64,000 nt of DNA from Octopus vulgaris (lineage: Eukaryota), in contig OX597816.1 in NCBI GenBank assembly GCA_951406725.2, positions 130,200,001 to 130,264,000 on the forward strand, read 5' to 3'. A program made the position numbers and the translations under genes. Below the pieces are notes generated by a model. That model made no database searches. It was not told where the DNA came from and was given only the letters and a program-made list of their open reading frames with translations. This document shows positions 25,718-38,900 of the stretch, in pieces. Position 1 is the first letter of the stretch, and every line of letters begins with the position of its first letter.

Positions 25718-26917
25718 TTCATGTAGATTTTTTTTTTAATGATCTTAATCCCTTTTCAAATTTTCAGTGTAGTAGTATTATAACTAGGAGTGTGGTTGGC
25801 TATTTTCTCCTATTTTCAACCTAGACTAATGAAAATATTTCATATTTATCATGTTTAAATATAAACATTAAAAGTAAAATTAAACCTATTCATATATCTC
25901 ATTATATAAGATAAAGCCAGTTATTAAATCAGTAAATATGAAAGGATCTTTTTTTTTTTAATCATTACACATCAATATGGAAGTAATGTTAAAGAGAATG
26001 GTATAATGTGGAAGACTGTGAAATGAATTGATAACGAGCAAGTTAATCTGGTTGATTATACACCAAATTATGCAGCTAAAAATGAGATAATTATTTGATT
26101 TCAAAAAATATTCATGTACTTGGAAAAAAATGTGCATAATAAGGAGAAATGATTGATTACAAGGAATCATTACAATTGGCAGAAAACAAAATTGTCAGAG
26201 GTGAAGTGGAAACATCATGGCAACATTTCCACGGAAACTGCTTGCTTTTGTATTAGTATGTCTGCACACACTAATTAAAGCAAAGAGTAGAACAGTAGCA
26301 AACTATAATCATATGAAATGGTGTTATAATATTTTCAATGAGAGTTGTCAAGCAACAAGTGTTACCAGAAGGAATTATTCCAGTAGTTTTATATTACAGT
26401 TTTCACTCTTTTTCATTTTTTGGTAAATAAATAGCATTATTATATAAACCCCAACAAAATATTTTTAATACTGTAATAAAAAATTATATGACAACTTTTT
26501 TCCTGAATTTTTGAGTTGGTATCTACTGATGTATTTGGATTATATTCTTCCTTTTGATTTTTATGTTCATAACATTTCAGCTGTTGTACCCTTCAGCCTT
26601 CTTCAGGTGCCTATCATGTACATTAATATTCTTGAAATTTTGAATGAAATTCTTTATTAAATATATGGGTTTCAATTGTCTTCATTGTCTTGTCTATGTC
26701 AAGAATATTGTCATATTAGTTATCCTTGTGCTTGTGATTTCACTTGTTCATTCACCTCAAAAACCAATGCATATATAAATCATCTAACTCATTCAGAATT
26801 CACATCGAGCAAGTAAACTACAGCACTTAACACTTGATCAATGCTTATATTCAATCTCCCATTATCCCATAAGACAGTCAGGAAATGGAAATTACTTGCC
26901 AAATATTTGTACATATT

Positions 26918-27103
26918 AAGGTAGCAAGCTGGCACAATCATTAGCACACTGAACAAAATGCTTTGTGGTATTTCGTCCATCTTTACATTTTGGGCTCAAA
27001 TTCTGCCAAAGTTGACTTTGGCTTTCATCCTTTTGGGGCTGATGTAATTGACTTAACCTCTCCTCCAAAATTGCTGGCTTTGTGCCAAAATTTAAATCCA
27101 ATG
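26918..27103 (+). mobile_element. tRNA-derived SINE (family C, internally deleted) with a 14-bp TSD
   Basis: Similar to the 22472 and 46034 copies. tatttgtacatatt at 26904-26917 and 27104-27117. Confidence 0.85.
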
Positions 27104-29869
27104 TATTTGTACATATTGTTGAAAAACATTTTTGATACATATCAATTGAAGTGTAACAAAAAATAAAGAGGTTTTGGAAAAACTTTTCACCTGAAGTACA
27201 GCCATAGCTTACAATAAAGGATGGATTTATCAAGAAGGGATTATAAAAGGAATGATAAAAGATTTAGAAGCTTAATATTGTTCCTTAGAAAGTTAACTCA
27301 CAAATGTAAAATAGCACAAAGGGAACAAGGGGAATAAGAGACAAATCTTTGGACAACATGAGAGGGTACAACAGGTAGACATAAAATCAAAAGTTGGTGG
27401 GCAAATTGTAAACACACACACACACACACAAAAATAACATAACATTGTGCACAGTGAATTCTATGCGAAAAAAGGAAAAGGAACAGACTGACATTTTTAC
27501 CATAAAAAATGTTCAGGTGAAAACCTACCTCATGTACAAATTCTAAATTAAATAGTGACAGGAAAGTTGAAAGGGTTAAATGATTTGCTTGGCATATAAA
27601 ATACTTTGAAGGAAGTTAGTAACTCCTTGAGTTATCTTCTTGGCCATAACTTGTAGATATGAATTCCAATAGTTGGGTAGGAAACCAATAAAATGTACTA
27701 AATATTGTCTAACAAAACAACAAAACTTAATATATGGGGATGTGAAACATTAACTTTCAACCAAGCAACAATGAATTTGCTCAATGCATTCTCTCTAAAA
27801 ATTCAATTAATATAGTAAATAGTGCTATTACTTGATAGTAATAGACAACTACTTAATGTCAATATTGACTGTCATTATTCCTCCCCACTGAAACATTTAT
27901 TTAACATCTCCAAAAAGAAATGTAACAGAAAAGACAATATCCTGATTCTAACCACAGCTAGTTAACATTTCAATATTGATTTTTTTACAAAGTTCTCAAA
28001 TGTAAGTGATTTTTTTTTTGAGTAGGTACAAGAACAAGTTCTTGCAAGGAACTGAAGTATAGTATATTGTTAGGATTTGATCTCAGAACTAACTAAATTT
28101 TTTTTATTTAGTCAGAAGAGGATGTGCAATGTCCATTGCTCTTTGAGAAAGAGTCCATTGCTCTTTGAGAAAGCCTCAAATCACAGACCTGGCCTAAATG
28201 CTTGTAAGAGAGTGGATGCCACTAAAACCAGGCGGTAGAATTAAACGGTGACAAATTAAGTTTATTGCTTAATAACAGGAATGGTCTCCCCCAAAATTTC
28301 CACCTACCAAATTTCATTAATAAGGCTTTGGTTGACCCAAATACACAGTGAATCAAATCCAAAACCATATAAATTGTGTAGTGTGCATCTACACCACAGA
28401 GCCAAAATTGCTGTTTTCCATTTGTCAGTCATCATGGAATGTTTCAATAATAAGGGTAAATTTTCAAAGTCAGTTTTTTCCAAAACACTTTAGCAAATCA
28501 ACCAACAAAGTTTTAAAATATATTTTTAAAAGGCCTTGGAAGAAATAGTTTTATCAGAAGCATGACTAACTTAATCATGAAATTTACCTCTCAATCTGAA
28601 AAATAAAAAGAGATTATTCTATTCAAATTTATTGTATTGTATTTAAATTTATTCTATTCTACATTTTTAAAAGAGGGGTATAGTGAATTATATTAACTCC
28701 AGTACTTCACTGGTACTATATTTTATCAATCCCAGAGGATGAAAGGCAAAAACAACCTAAGAGGGATGAACTCTCAATGTAAAGGCTCACAACTAAATAC
28801 TATAAAGCATTTTGTCTGATGCTCTATTAATTCTGAAAATCCCTCGAGATTTTAATATCATATTCTTAGTTTCCAAGAGTTGAAAATGTTGACCCATGTG
28901 AGTAATTAATTGCATGATAAATAAGAATCCACATAAATTAATGAAATAATGTTAGCTTACTTGCACTGAAGTTAATGTTTAAATTGGCACAATCTGAATC
29001 AGACACTTGTACAATATATAAAATGGCAAAAGCAAGCTGTTCTTTTTGGCAGTTTGTCGATATAAATAACAAAGCAGAGAGAGAGAGAGAAAAAAATCAA
29101 TGAGCAACAAATTGAATCCTATAATAACTGATCTTCTTACAATAAATATGATAATAGCTTTAATAACAAATAAAATGTTTCATACAAAACCAAGGAAGAT
29201 AAATAAAATCCTACATTAATAAAATATTTTTACTGTTAATTAGATAAGGAAACCTTATTAAATTAGTCCCTGGTCAGCCCTGATCAAATAAAACAAACCC
29301 ATGATCAAAGACATTCCAGCTGTGAACATCCCATTTTTTTTATTCAGTCACAACATTTCCAAGATTACATTTTTTATTCAGTCCCAATGTTTCCAAGATT
29401 ACATTATCTAATGTATCTTTTACATTTATTTATTTTTTGAGAGTATCTTATTTATTGATAACTGAATAGCAGCAGTTTAAGGATGGTGCTTAACCCAAAA
29501 TTCACTCTTCCCTTAGATACAACATACTTTACAGGTAACTTTCTAAAAACAACCTTCGTCTGCCTATTTATCAGCAAGGTAGTTGAATTATGTGAAGAAG
29601 CTTCTACATGCTACTCAGCCAGGTAGAAAATGCATCACAATCACATTTAACTCGCAATCTATTGTCTTACAAAAGAAAAAAAAAAGACATTAGATAATTG
29701 GATAATGCAGTTCAATACTGAATAAAAGACAGGATGTTCATAGGGGTGCTTGATCAGGGCTGACATTGGCTTAAACACTAACGGAAGCAAGTAAAAGTAT
29801 ATTGGCAAAAAGTCAACCTGTAAAAATATATGAATTTCTGGCCCATTACTCAATATTTCTATTTTACCT

Positions 29870-30252
29870 TTCTTTTCTTCTTTTATTTGTTTCAATCATT
29901 TGACTGCAGTCATGCTGTCAAACAAATTGACCCTAGGACTTATTCTTTTTAACCCTAGTACTTATTCTATTGGTTTCTTTTGCCGAACCGCTAAGTTACG
30001 GGGACATAAACACATCAACATCAGTTGTCAAGCAATCATGGGGGAACAAACACAGACACACAAACATATAAATATATATATTCTACACATAACAGACTCC
30101 TTTCAGTTTCCATCTACCAAATCCACTCACAAAGCTTTGGTCGGCCCGAGGCTATAGTAGAAGATACTTGCTCAAGGTGCCCTGCAGTGGGACTGAATCT
30201 GGAACCATGTGGTTGGTAAGCAAGCTACTTACCACACAGCCACTCCTGTGCC
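29870..30252 (-). mobile_element. tRNA-derived SINE (family B), well preserved
   Basis: Minus strand ggcacaggagTGGCTGTGTGGtaag (A box) ... gattcagtccc (B-box-like), internal TA/TG microsatellite, A-rich aaaagaa tail. Confidence 0.9.
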
Positions 30253-31499
30253 TGTGGCCACAGTTTCATAAAATATCTTTTTTATTTAAAATACATAGTC
30301 GGTAGGAGAGACAGTAGCCATAATGTTCTTCAGGATTTATGAGATTACTAGAGGAAAATTATCTTCTGACTGGAGAACTGGACCAAATACTTGCAACAAA
30401 TGGACTCTACTAAAGACATAAAAGGGTGTTAAACCAGGCACAAATTAAATCCATCATCCATGAACAACACACAGCTTTAAGCCCATTAAGGAACTTCAAT
30501 GTAGTTGCTCAATCTGCTTCATATAGCAGCTAAATTTATCTCATATCACACTTTATTGTGTTAAAAAAGAATGGACACAAATGTAGTTATAGAAACCAGA
30601 GATGATGGTAACATGTAGAATACCTTTCATCAGAGAGTTGTCAAATCATTACTAAACAAAAATAACAACAGACACAGCTGAAACCATACAAACTCTTGAC
30701 TTATGCATTGGTATTTTTCATTGGCAAGATGAAATAGACATGTAATCAGATATTAAATGCTCAAGAATATATTAGAATACACCCACAAAATAATAATAAA
30801 AAAGCTATAGTTATTAACAAAAAAAATGCCCTTTAGGATATCACATAAGTAGCAGTTTAATCAATACCAGAATGCATAATAATATCCAATCATAAACATT
30901 ACATAAAAGCTATAACTGAAATGAAAAGATTATTAAAATTATCCTCAGGTAAAGTGGCCATGATAAATAATGTTTTTATAGCTAAATAAAAAAAAATCCT
31001 TTAATTTGAAATTCTATAACTGTGAAGTAGTAAATTGTTCTCTAATAACTGAAATAGAAATTACAAGTGTTTGCTTAGATGCTTACTATCAGATGTGTGT
31101 ATGTGCATATGCATGAGAGTGTGTAAGAACATGAAAACAAAAAATTTAGTATAATCCAAAGAGAAGATAGAATTCCAGGAAAGGAATTAAGTGGATGCCA
31201 GTGTAAATGTGGAGGATCATTAAAAAATAAATAAGCAATGTAGGGGTAAAATAATTGATAAATATGGTACAAAGTTCAAGCTTTAAAGGAATAACAAAGT
31301 TTTTAAGGATTTGCACTGATGTCCTTCACTGAAAAGGAGAAACTGAAGAATGTGAAAATTGGGGAGAAAAAACACAAACAAAAATGGAGGGTCGAAAGCT
31401 ATGTGTTTCCTATGCAGCATAATTTGGGAAAGTGGTGGAGGTATAGCCAGCAAAGAGAACATCGATTTTAAAAGTGGCAGTTCAACAAAAGAAATAAAA

Positions 31500-32325
31500 A
31501 CTCATATTTTGGGTGATCTAAAAGTACAGTGGGCCAGAGTTAGAATGAGTTGGAGAAGTCCAAGGAGCTAACAACAAAGGGCCTCTCCCTCAGAGAAGGG
31601 AGTAAATTATATGACATTTGTACGCTAAGTGTGAAGCTATATGGTATTAAGACAACAGTCTTCAATGCAGAATATCTGTGAAGACTAAACTAGCACTTCA
31701 TTGGTTATGATGACAAAGGTTCTGATCAATGGAACTGCCTGTTCATGAACTTAACATGCAAGTGGCTGAGTGCAGCACAGACACATGTTCCCTTAACATA
31801 GTTCTCAGGGAAATTCAGCATGGCACAGAATGCGACAAGGCTGGCTCCTTTGAAATACAGGTACACTCATTTTTACTAGCTGAGCGGGCTGGAGCAACAT
31901 GAAATAGAGTGCCTTGCCCCAGGACATAATATGCTGCCAGGAATTGAACTCATGACGATACAATCATGACCTGAATACTCTAACCACTAAACCACATACC
32001 TTCACTGTGAAAACTAGAAATAAACCAAGTAAGTATGTTTTGCTGGATGGGTAGTGTTAGTGTGTATGAAAAACCATACAAATACTCCCAGAGAAAAGTT
32101 ATCAGATGTAGTAACCAAACATAAAGACTTGGTATAAGGATGTGATGTGTATAGATGATAACAACTGCATAAAAGAGTCCCTATTGCACAAAGCAGACAT
32201 TGCTTGTAGAAGAAGACCCAGAAAGACATGAGACAAAGAATGATGAAAACTAATTTTGAGATACTGTACCTCATGAAACAGATGACAAGGGATCTTGACA
32301 ATTGGCAACATGCAGTGCTCAAGAA
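31500..32325 (+). mobile_element. Decayed RTE LINE fragment interrupted by a SINE
   Basis: Similar to 9770-10220 (acaaagggcctctccctcaga..., tgctggatg..tagtgttagtgtg..., agaagacccagaaagacatg...gatgacaagggatc). Confidence 0.7.
31688..32004 (-). mobile_element. tRNA-derived SINE (family E) inserted in the RTE fragment, 12-bp TSD with one mismatch
   Basis: Minus strand tggtttagtggttag...gagttcaattcc (A/B boxes). Flanks ctgtgaagacta (31676-31687) and ctgtgaaaacta (32005-32016). Confidence 0.8.
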
Positions 32326-35300
32326 AACTCACACTTTCTGAGCAATCATGAGAGAGAGAGAGCTAAATTGAGTAAAGATTGTGGGTGGTTGGAATATTCT
32401 CATTGTATTTGTCCACAACTTGCCCACTCAACCCCTCTTTCTCTCAGTGACTTCTCTCCATAGCTTCTCTACCACCTTAACATTCTCTCAACTACTTCTC
32501 TCCCCCCTCCACTTCCATGACACCTTTTAATCCTCACTTTTGCTGGCTCTCTCCTCACAACTTCTGCAACTCCTAATTAACCCTATCTTTATCTTTCATG
32601 CACCCTGCCTTCCCATATTGCCCCTTAAAACATGGTTTAGTATTGGAATCCTTCAACTCAACCCATTCCATCATCCTTACTACTGACTCTTTTTCACAAA
32701 CTTAACTCTATACTCTCCTTTCATTACTTCACAACAACACTGTTTCATCTATTACTCTCTCCACTTCTATCGTCTCACAATGAAACAGTTCCTTCCATTA
32801 TATTTAATTTCTCTCAACACCTTGTACAAAGTTCTCACACTCTCCCTCCTGTTTTCTCTTTCAAAGATTTGAGATTAACAAAGCAACCTTACTAGTGCTG
32901 GTTTCATGTAGTACACACTGTAAAGTGGGTGGTAAATCAAGCAGAAGTAGAGACCATGCAGAGTTAAAAGGACTTTTTACTTTTGCCAAGAGCAAGACAA
33001 TTCTATAATGATGGTGACATGAAAAAATGCACACAGTACACTGTACAATGCTTGGTGTTAAGAAGGGCATTCAGCCATAGAAACTATACCAACACTGAGA
33101 TGTCAGAACAAAATGTTGTCTTCTGATCCATCAGATCTTACTGAACCATTCGACTACTACCAGCATGGAAAATTGGCTTAAAATGATGTGATAATGATCA
33201 TATATACACACATGCAAATAAATATGAGTGTGTGTGTGTGTGCGCATGTACACACAGATACATAAATACATACAAAAGTGAATGAGGGATGTACTAAAAA
33301 GCAAGCTACAGGTATGAAATGGCAGTTTCAATCAACGTTAGTAGCTTGTTGCTGTGAAAAAGAGCCTGCCACTTAATGAAATTCATGTCAATAATAAAAT
33401 TCTGATTTGTATTTATAAAATTAGAACATTTTTCATTGTGCTCGACTGAAATTTTCACTTTAATACTGGAAATTAATCGAAGGTAATGTTAGCATTAAAC
33501 ATTTTAAAACAACTTTTTTTTTTTTTTCCTTTCAGAAAATTGATTTATAGTGTTGAAATCACAATGATGTACTTACTGACATATAGCCAATAAAATTAAG
33601 GCATTGGAATACTTTAGTAAGGTGGCCAAGTTTATTCTATTTGTATGAGCCAATTGAAATGAATATAAAAGCATTAGTCAGTGTCAGCAAGAGTATCTCT
33701 ATCAATAAAACTTGAGCAACTGTGATAAATATCAATGCTTAATCAATGTTAACATGGTAATGGCAGTAGACAGAAAGATGAAACAATTTAATACAAACAT
33801 AAAAATGTAAATATTTTATAGAAACAGACATTTGAATCATATCAAATTCAAAGTCTCCACATTTATCAGTTCAATGTAATAGTCTCTCTATTATCTTTAA
33901 AATGGAGACCTTGTGTTTGTACGTTTTAAATCTTTAGGAAAATATCAGAATAAAGACTGGTGGGCAGAATGTGCAAAAAACAAAACAAAATGCTTCATTT
34001 AATTAAGGAGCCTCTATGAGTTTGCTTAACTAGTTAGCAATAGCTAAATCAATTTTTAAAATCACATCCATTATTCAATGGTTATGCAATGTCTTTTGAT
34101 CAAAGTCTGCTCATTCAGAATGTATGTAAACAAGAACAAAAACCTCGAGGTTATAAAGTTAACTAGAGACAACTATAGAAAACGATTGAGGCAAAAGTTA
34201 TGTATAGGTAACAGGTAATATAATTATTGCTTTTGGTTAAGAATTTGTAAAATATATTATTTATAGACACTATAACATCAATCAAAAAGAAATTATTTTG
34301 ATCTGAAATATTTTCTAAATAATTTCAGTATTTAAGTTTTAAAGTTAAGTCTTGCAATAAATACAATGCTTTCATATAGGACTCATAACAGATATGTTTA
34401 CAATTGAAAGAATTAATGTAAAACATGTTAGAATTAACAACAAAACTGATACAAAAAGAATTCCACTTAAATTTATCTTGGAAGCCATCTCTATGATTAG
34501 AGAGTTGTGTGAAGCAAGTTGCAAAAGAAAAACGAATTAGTTAAAGAATGATTTTTGTTCTTCATCGCCAAACCAATGGCAACACTGAATGCAGTTTGCT
34601 TTGTTTGAACACTCCTGAGAATTAGCATGCAAATTGCTTAATAAGTATGCTAAATATATATACTTGGTGTAGAGCAAGAGAAATATTAACAGATTAGATT
34701 GCTTTGAACACATTTATGTTAATTAGATAGATATGTGGGTGAAAGTATATTCAATTATTAGAACATCAAACAGCTAAAGTAGATTTACTTATACAGTAAA
34801 ATAAATCAATATTAGTCAAGGACTTGCATTTTTTTCTTTCGTAAGTGCTGGAGACAATTCCAGACATGCTTGACATTTGTTTAAAGGCTTTTCAAACTTG
34901 GAGTATTGGTAAACAACTTACTGAATAAGAATAATAAATCACATATTTGTTTGCTTCACCAAGGAGCTTTCAAAGAAAGTGAAATGAGTGTGCCCTGTAT
35001 TTCATGATGGGAAAAGAATATTCAACTAATCAGTCTATTTCTTTTATCACTTACATGAATATACTTAATCTGTCTAATGTTCTAAATCATTAAATAAATA
35101 TACTTTCTATATAATTATCTAATTCTTTCAACAGGTGGAAATATCTTGATATTTAGTTTCATTGACCAGGTACAATAATATTCTTTGAACCACCTTGAGA
35201 GAACTTGTAAAACAGGATATGAGGTTTCAAAGTAACTAATTATATAAAAAATAAATCTAATACTTAACGAGGTTTATTTTTAAACATTAAACGAATGCGA

Positions 35301-35777
35301 GACAAAAAATGGCTAGGGAAAACTTAATAATACAATTTGAATATAGTTTCATTGGTCCAAACTATGATAGTACAGCTAGATAATAAATTTAGATTTTCAG
35401 GTAATAAGAAGGTTATTTTCCAATGGATGTCGACTTTGTAATATTTAAAGGATGAGTTTTATTTCCTGTAATATTTGTAGTCATAACTCCATTAATCTTT
35501 TCCTAACTATTTCTAATGAAATCCATTATTCTTTTACTTTTACTTGTTTCAGTCATTTGACTGTGGTCATGCTGGAGCACTGCTTTATGTTTTCAATTAA
35601 TTTTGAAAATAAACAAAAACCAAGAGAGGTTTATTAAAATAACTATCTCCTTATCATTATAATGTAACATAAGTTAAGGGTCTTATAAAATTAAAATAAC
35701 ATTAAATAACATTTTAAATGGACAATCTTATATTGTAGAATCAGAGGCTATTTTATGCAAGTTCTTACTGAAAGGGT

Positions 35778-35985
35778 TTAAACCTTTAGCATTCAGATTA
35801 CTCTGTCAAATATGATAATTATTTGCACTGTTTTGATTTAATCATGCATTACCTCACAGCTTCAAGATTTCAGTGATGTGATTGTTTATTGTCAAAATGA
35901 TATTATAGGGATGGTGTGCAAAGCTGGATCTAGCTGGTTTGAGTATGAAACAATATTTGGACCTAATATGATCAGTTTAAATAAT
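35778..35985 (+). mobile_element. piggyBac-like MITE, right end truncated
   Basis: ttaaacctttagcattcagattactctgtcaaa... matches the left end of the 6649 copy; the right terminal repeat is missing. Confidence 0.7.
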
Positions 35986-38900
35986 ATCAAGCATTTTGCT
36001 AGTTGATCTCTCTCACTCAGTCTTCATATTCTGACAATGAGGAAAAAAAGCCCTGCCTTTTGTTCTATCAACTTACAAGGCCTACCTGCATCTTGGAGGA
36101 GGTCAGAAAAATTATCAAAGGCCTAGAGAGAATTATTTAAAAAAAATATTGCCAGAAATATGAGACAAAGACTGACTGGTGATATGACATTATTGATTTA
36201 CAATGACAATGTTTCTCATTATAACCTGTGCAAAAGAGACACAATCTACTGAATTTGTTCATGTACAGAACTATATTTTTACTGATTCTGAAAGATCCAA
36301 TGTTAAAGCTGACACTGGCAGAATTTTAACGCAGAATGCAAAAGACTAAATGTAACTACTCAAGTGCATTACCATTTTTGTCATTCATAGCTAAAAATAA
36401 TGCTTCCTCACATCAGTAGAAGACTATAAATTTACTGGGATGAAGAATAGTTGATTGAAACAAATTTGTCTAGTTAGTACATTGGCACTTATTATCCCCA
36501 GAAGGATGAGAGTAAAAGTTGGCCATAGTGGGAATTGAACTCCGAACATAAAGAAAACTAAATACAAGACAGACATTTCAACATGACTGCTATGATGATG
36601 ATGGTTTTGTGTAGAGGCACAAGGTTAATTTTTGTAGACAATGAACATGCTTGAATGAAACAACTCCAGTATATTTACTTATTTTATCAAATTCAGGAAA
36701 ATGAAGTGTAAGCTGAATCCAAGAGAGAGAGACTAAACAAAATACAGTACTGTATTTAGTGGCCACATTTAAAGAAGCAGAGGTATCGAAAGCATTATCA
36801 TAGAAGGAAGAGTAAAAGATAGATCAAGAGATAGGCAAAGAATGCAATGGATGGACAATATCACGAATTGGTTGGACAGGAGTGGCAAGGCAGCAGGAGA
36901 ACCTGTGCTTAAACAGGAAGACTTCCATTGTTGTGACATCAAGGCACTACAGGTGTACTGTACATGACAACTGCATTTAGTTCAGCTTTCTATCATTTCT
37001 GCCAACTTATCTATTCTGCTCCAAAACCTAAGAACTAGATTTTACCTTTACTTCATTTTGCATAACTACAATCATCACTTAGTGTAATACCTTGTTATTT
37101 TCATAGCTATGACATTACTTACACTCCAATTAATATACACACATCTTTTTTTTTTGTACTCTGCCAGTACAATTGCAAAAATTCAAAGAAAGAATCAGTT
37201 ATAAAAGTCCATGACTCATATTTTTTACCATGCATCAATGTTAATTATATTTTAATATTAACACAAATGAATAAAATAAATTTTTTTATAATTTTTCTTT
37301 TTTAATTTTTTGAAATTTAATATATTTTACATATTAAATAGATAGCCAATGATAAAATTAAATAATGTGTATAACTCAACAAAAACATTAAAAATACAAA
37401 ATGAAACTGGCTTGATATATTCAATACCAAAATTCCTAATTATTTTTCATATGTGATTATTATCTCTGTTTAATAATCCAAGTTTGTTCACTTTTTACTA
37501 CTTGGAAGCTTTACAATGAAGACATCAATCAAACCAAAAATATTCACAGCACCACACAACTCTATTTAAGTGGCTGTATCTAATTAGAATATATTTTCAG
37601 TATAGAAAGCAAATAGCTAGCTTTTATTTATTGTTTACTTTTCACAAAGGAAAATAGAACCAACAGAAATTTTATTGATTTTTATAATTGATCACTTAGT
37701 TCGCTAATGATAGGAAAAAACGCTTTTGTTACTCGTTTGAGATACTGAATAAAAATGTTGGTTTCTTAACAATTTCAAATGATTAATGTTGTTTTGCATA
37801 TTGTTCAAACAGCCTTATTTAAATACATAGTAACCATGAAAATATTATGTAAAAGTAACAATTAAATACATATAAAATTCTAGAATTTTATTTAATATTT
37901 TCAAGTTTTAAAGCTGAATAATAACATGTGTAATAACCTACAACTAAACATATACAAATAAAAGTATTTAATATTTAGAAATACTACAAAAATTCACCTG
38001 CAACAAAACCCATCAAGCCCCTTGAAATGGTAGAAAAAGTAACCAAACCCTCTTCTGAATCACATTATGTCTAAAAAAGTGGACATGTCTTTATTTTTTT
38101 AAGAAACAGTATTGTCTAGGAATTTTTATGCTTATGAAAAAAAAAAGAGACAAAAAAAACTAAAAAAACTTCTACTCAATCCAGGATAACTTGAGCTAAA
38201 AAGACTAAAAAAAAATACAAGATTTTATTAATACTGATTGGCATTAGGGAGGTGATAATAGAGCTATGAAATAAATCTGAATAATTGTTCAGCATCCCAT
38301 GAATTATTTGAATAGTTAAAACAAAATTACTCCATAGGACAATTCTATACTAAAACAAGCATTCTGAAGAAACCCTATTAACAGTTTATAACAACAAACC
38401 TTGAAAGAAGATTAGCATCAATCATGATAACTACCTAAAAATAATATGCTAAAATCAATCTTGTCTCATTTAATCCTTCACTGACCTCAAAAATGATATT
38501 TTAAATTTAAAGATAACATGTAATATGATACTTAGAAACAATTTTACCATGAGAAGTATAACAGTAGTTCAAATTTAATGTTGAATTTTGAGGGTTTACA
38601 TTTATAGTTAATACTGTTATCTTTTACTATAATTAAATAGGATTTGCAGTTTTTTAAAAATAACTTTTCTTAGAAAACAACATCTATCTAAGACATCATC
38701 TATTGATGATCTATATAAAATAAACACCACCACCATCTTATTGCCAATTTATACTTCCTGCCATAAGTTAGATAGGTCTAAAAATCAATACAGGTTTCAT
38801 TTCTATTACGTCTCATCAGTGACACACATCTAAATTTTATCTTGTCTACCATTAATGTATTCTCCTCCACTAACAGAGCATCTTCACTAATAAGTAGCAC

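Noticed and set aside
28131-28173. 22-bp tandem duplication (and a ~36-bp one at ~29333-29405)
   Set aside because: Ordinary local slippage duplications with no sign of function.
36086-36091. 6-nt microexon candidate ATGCAG on the minus strand
   Set aside because: AAG acceptor and competing donors; no independent support.
37992-38010. Possible recursive splice site ttttgttgcAG|GTGAAT on the minus strand
   Set aside because: Short pyrimidine tract and mediocre donor; expected by chance in long introns.
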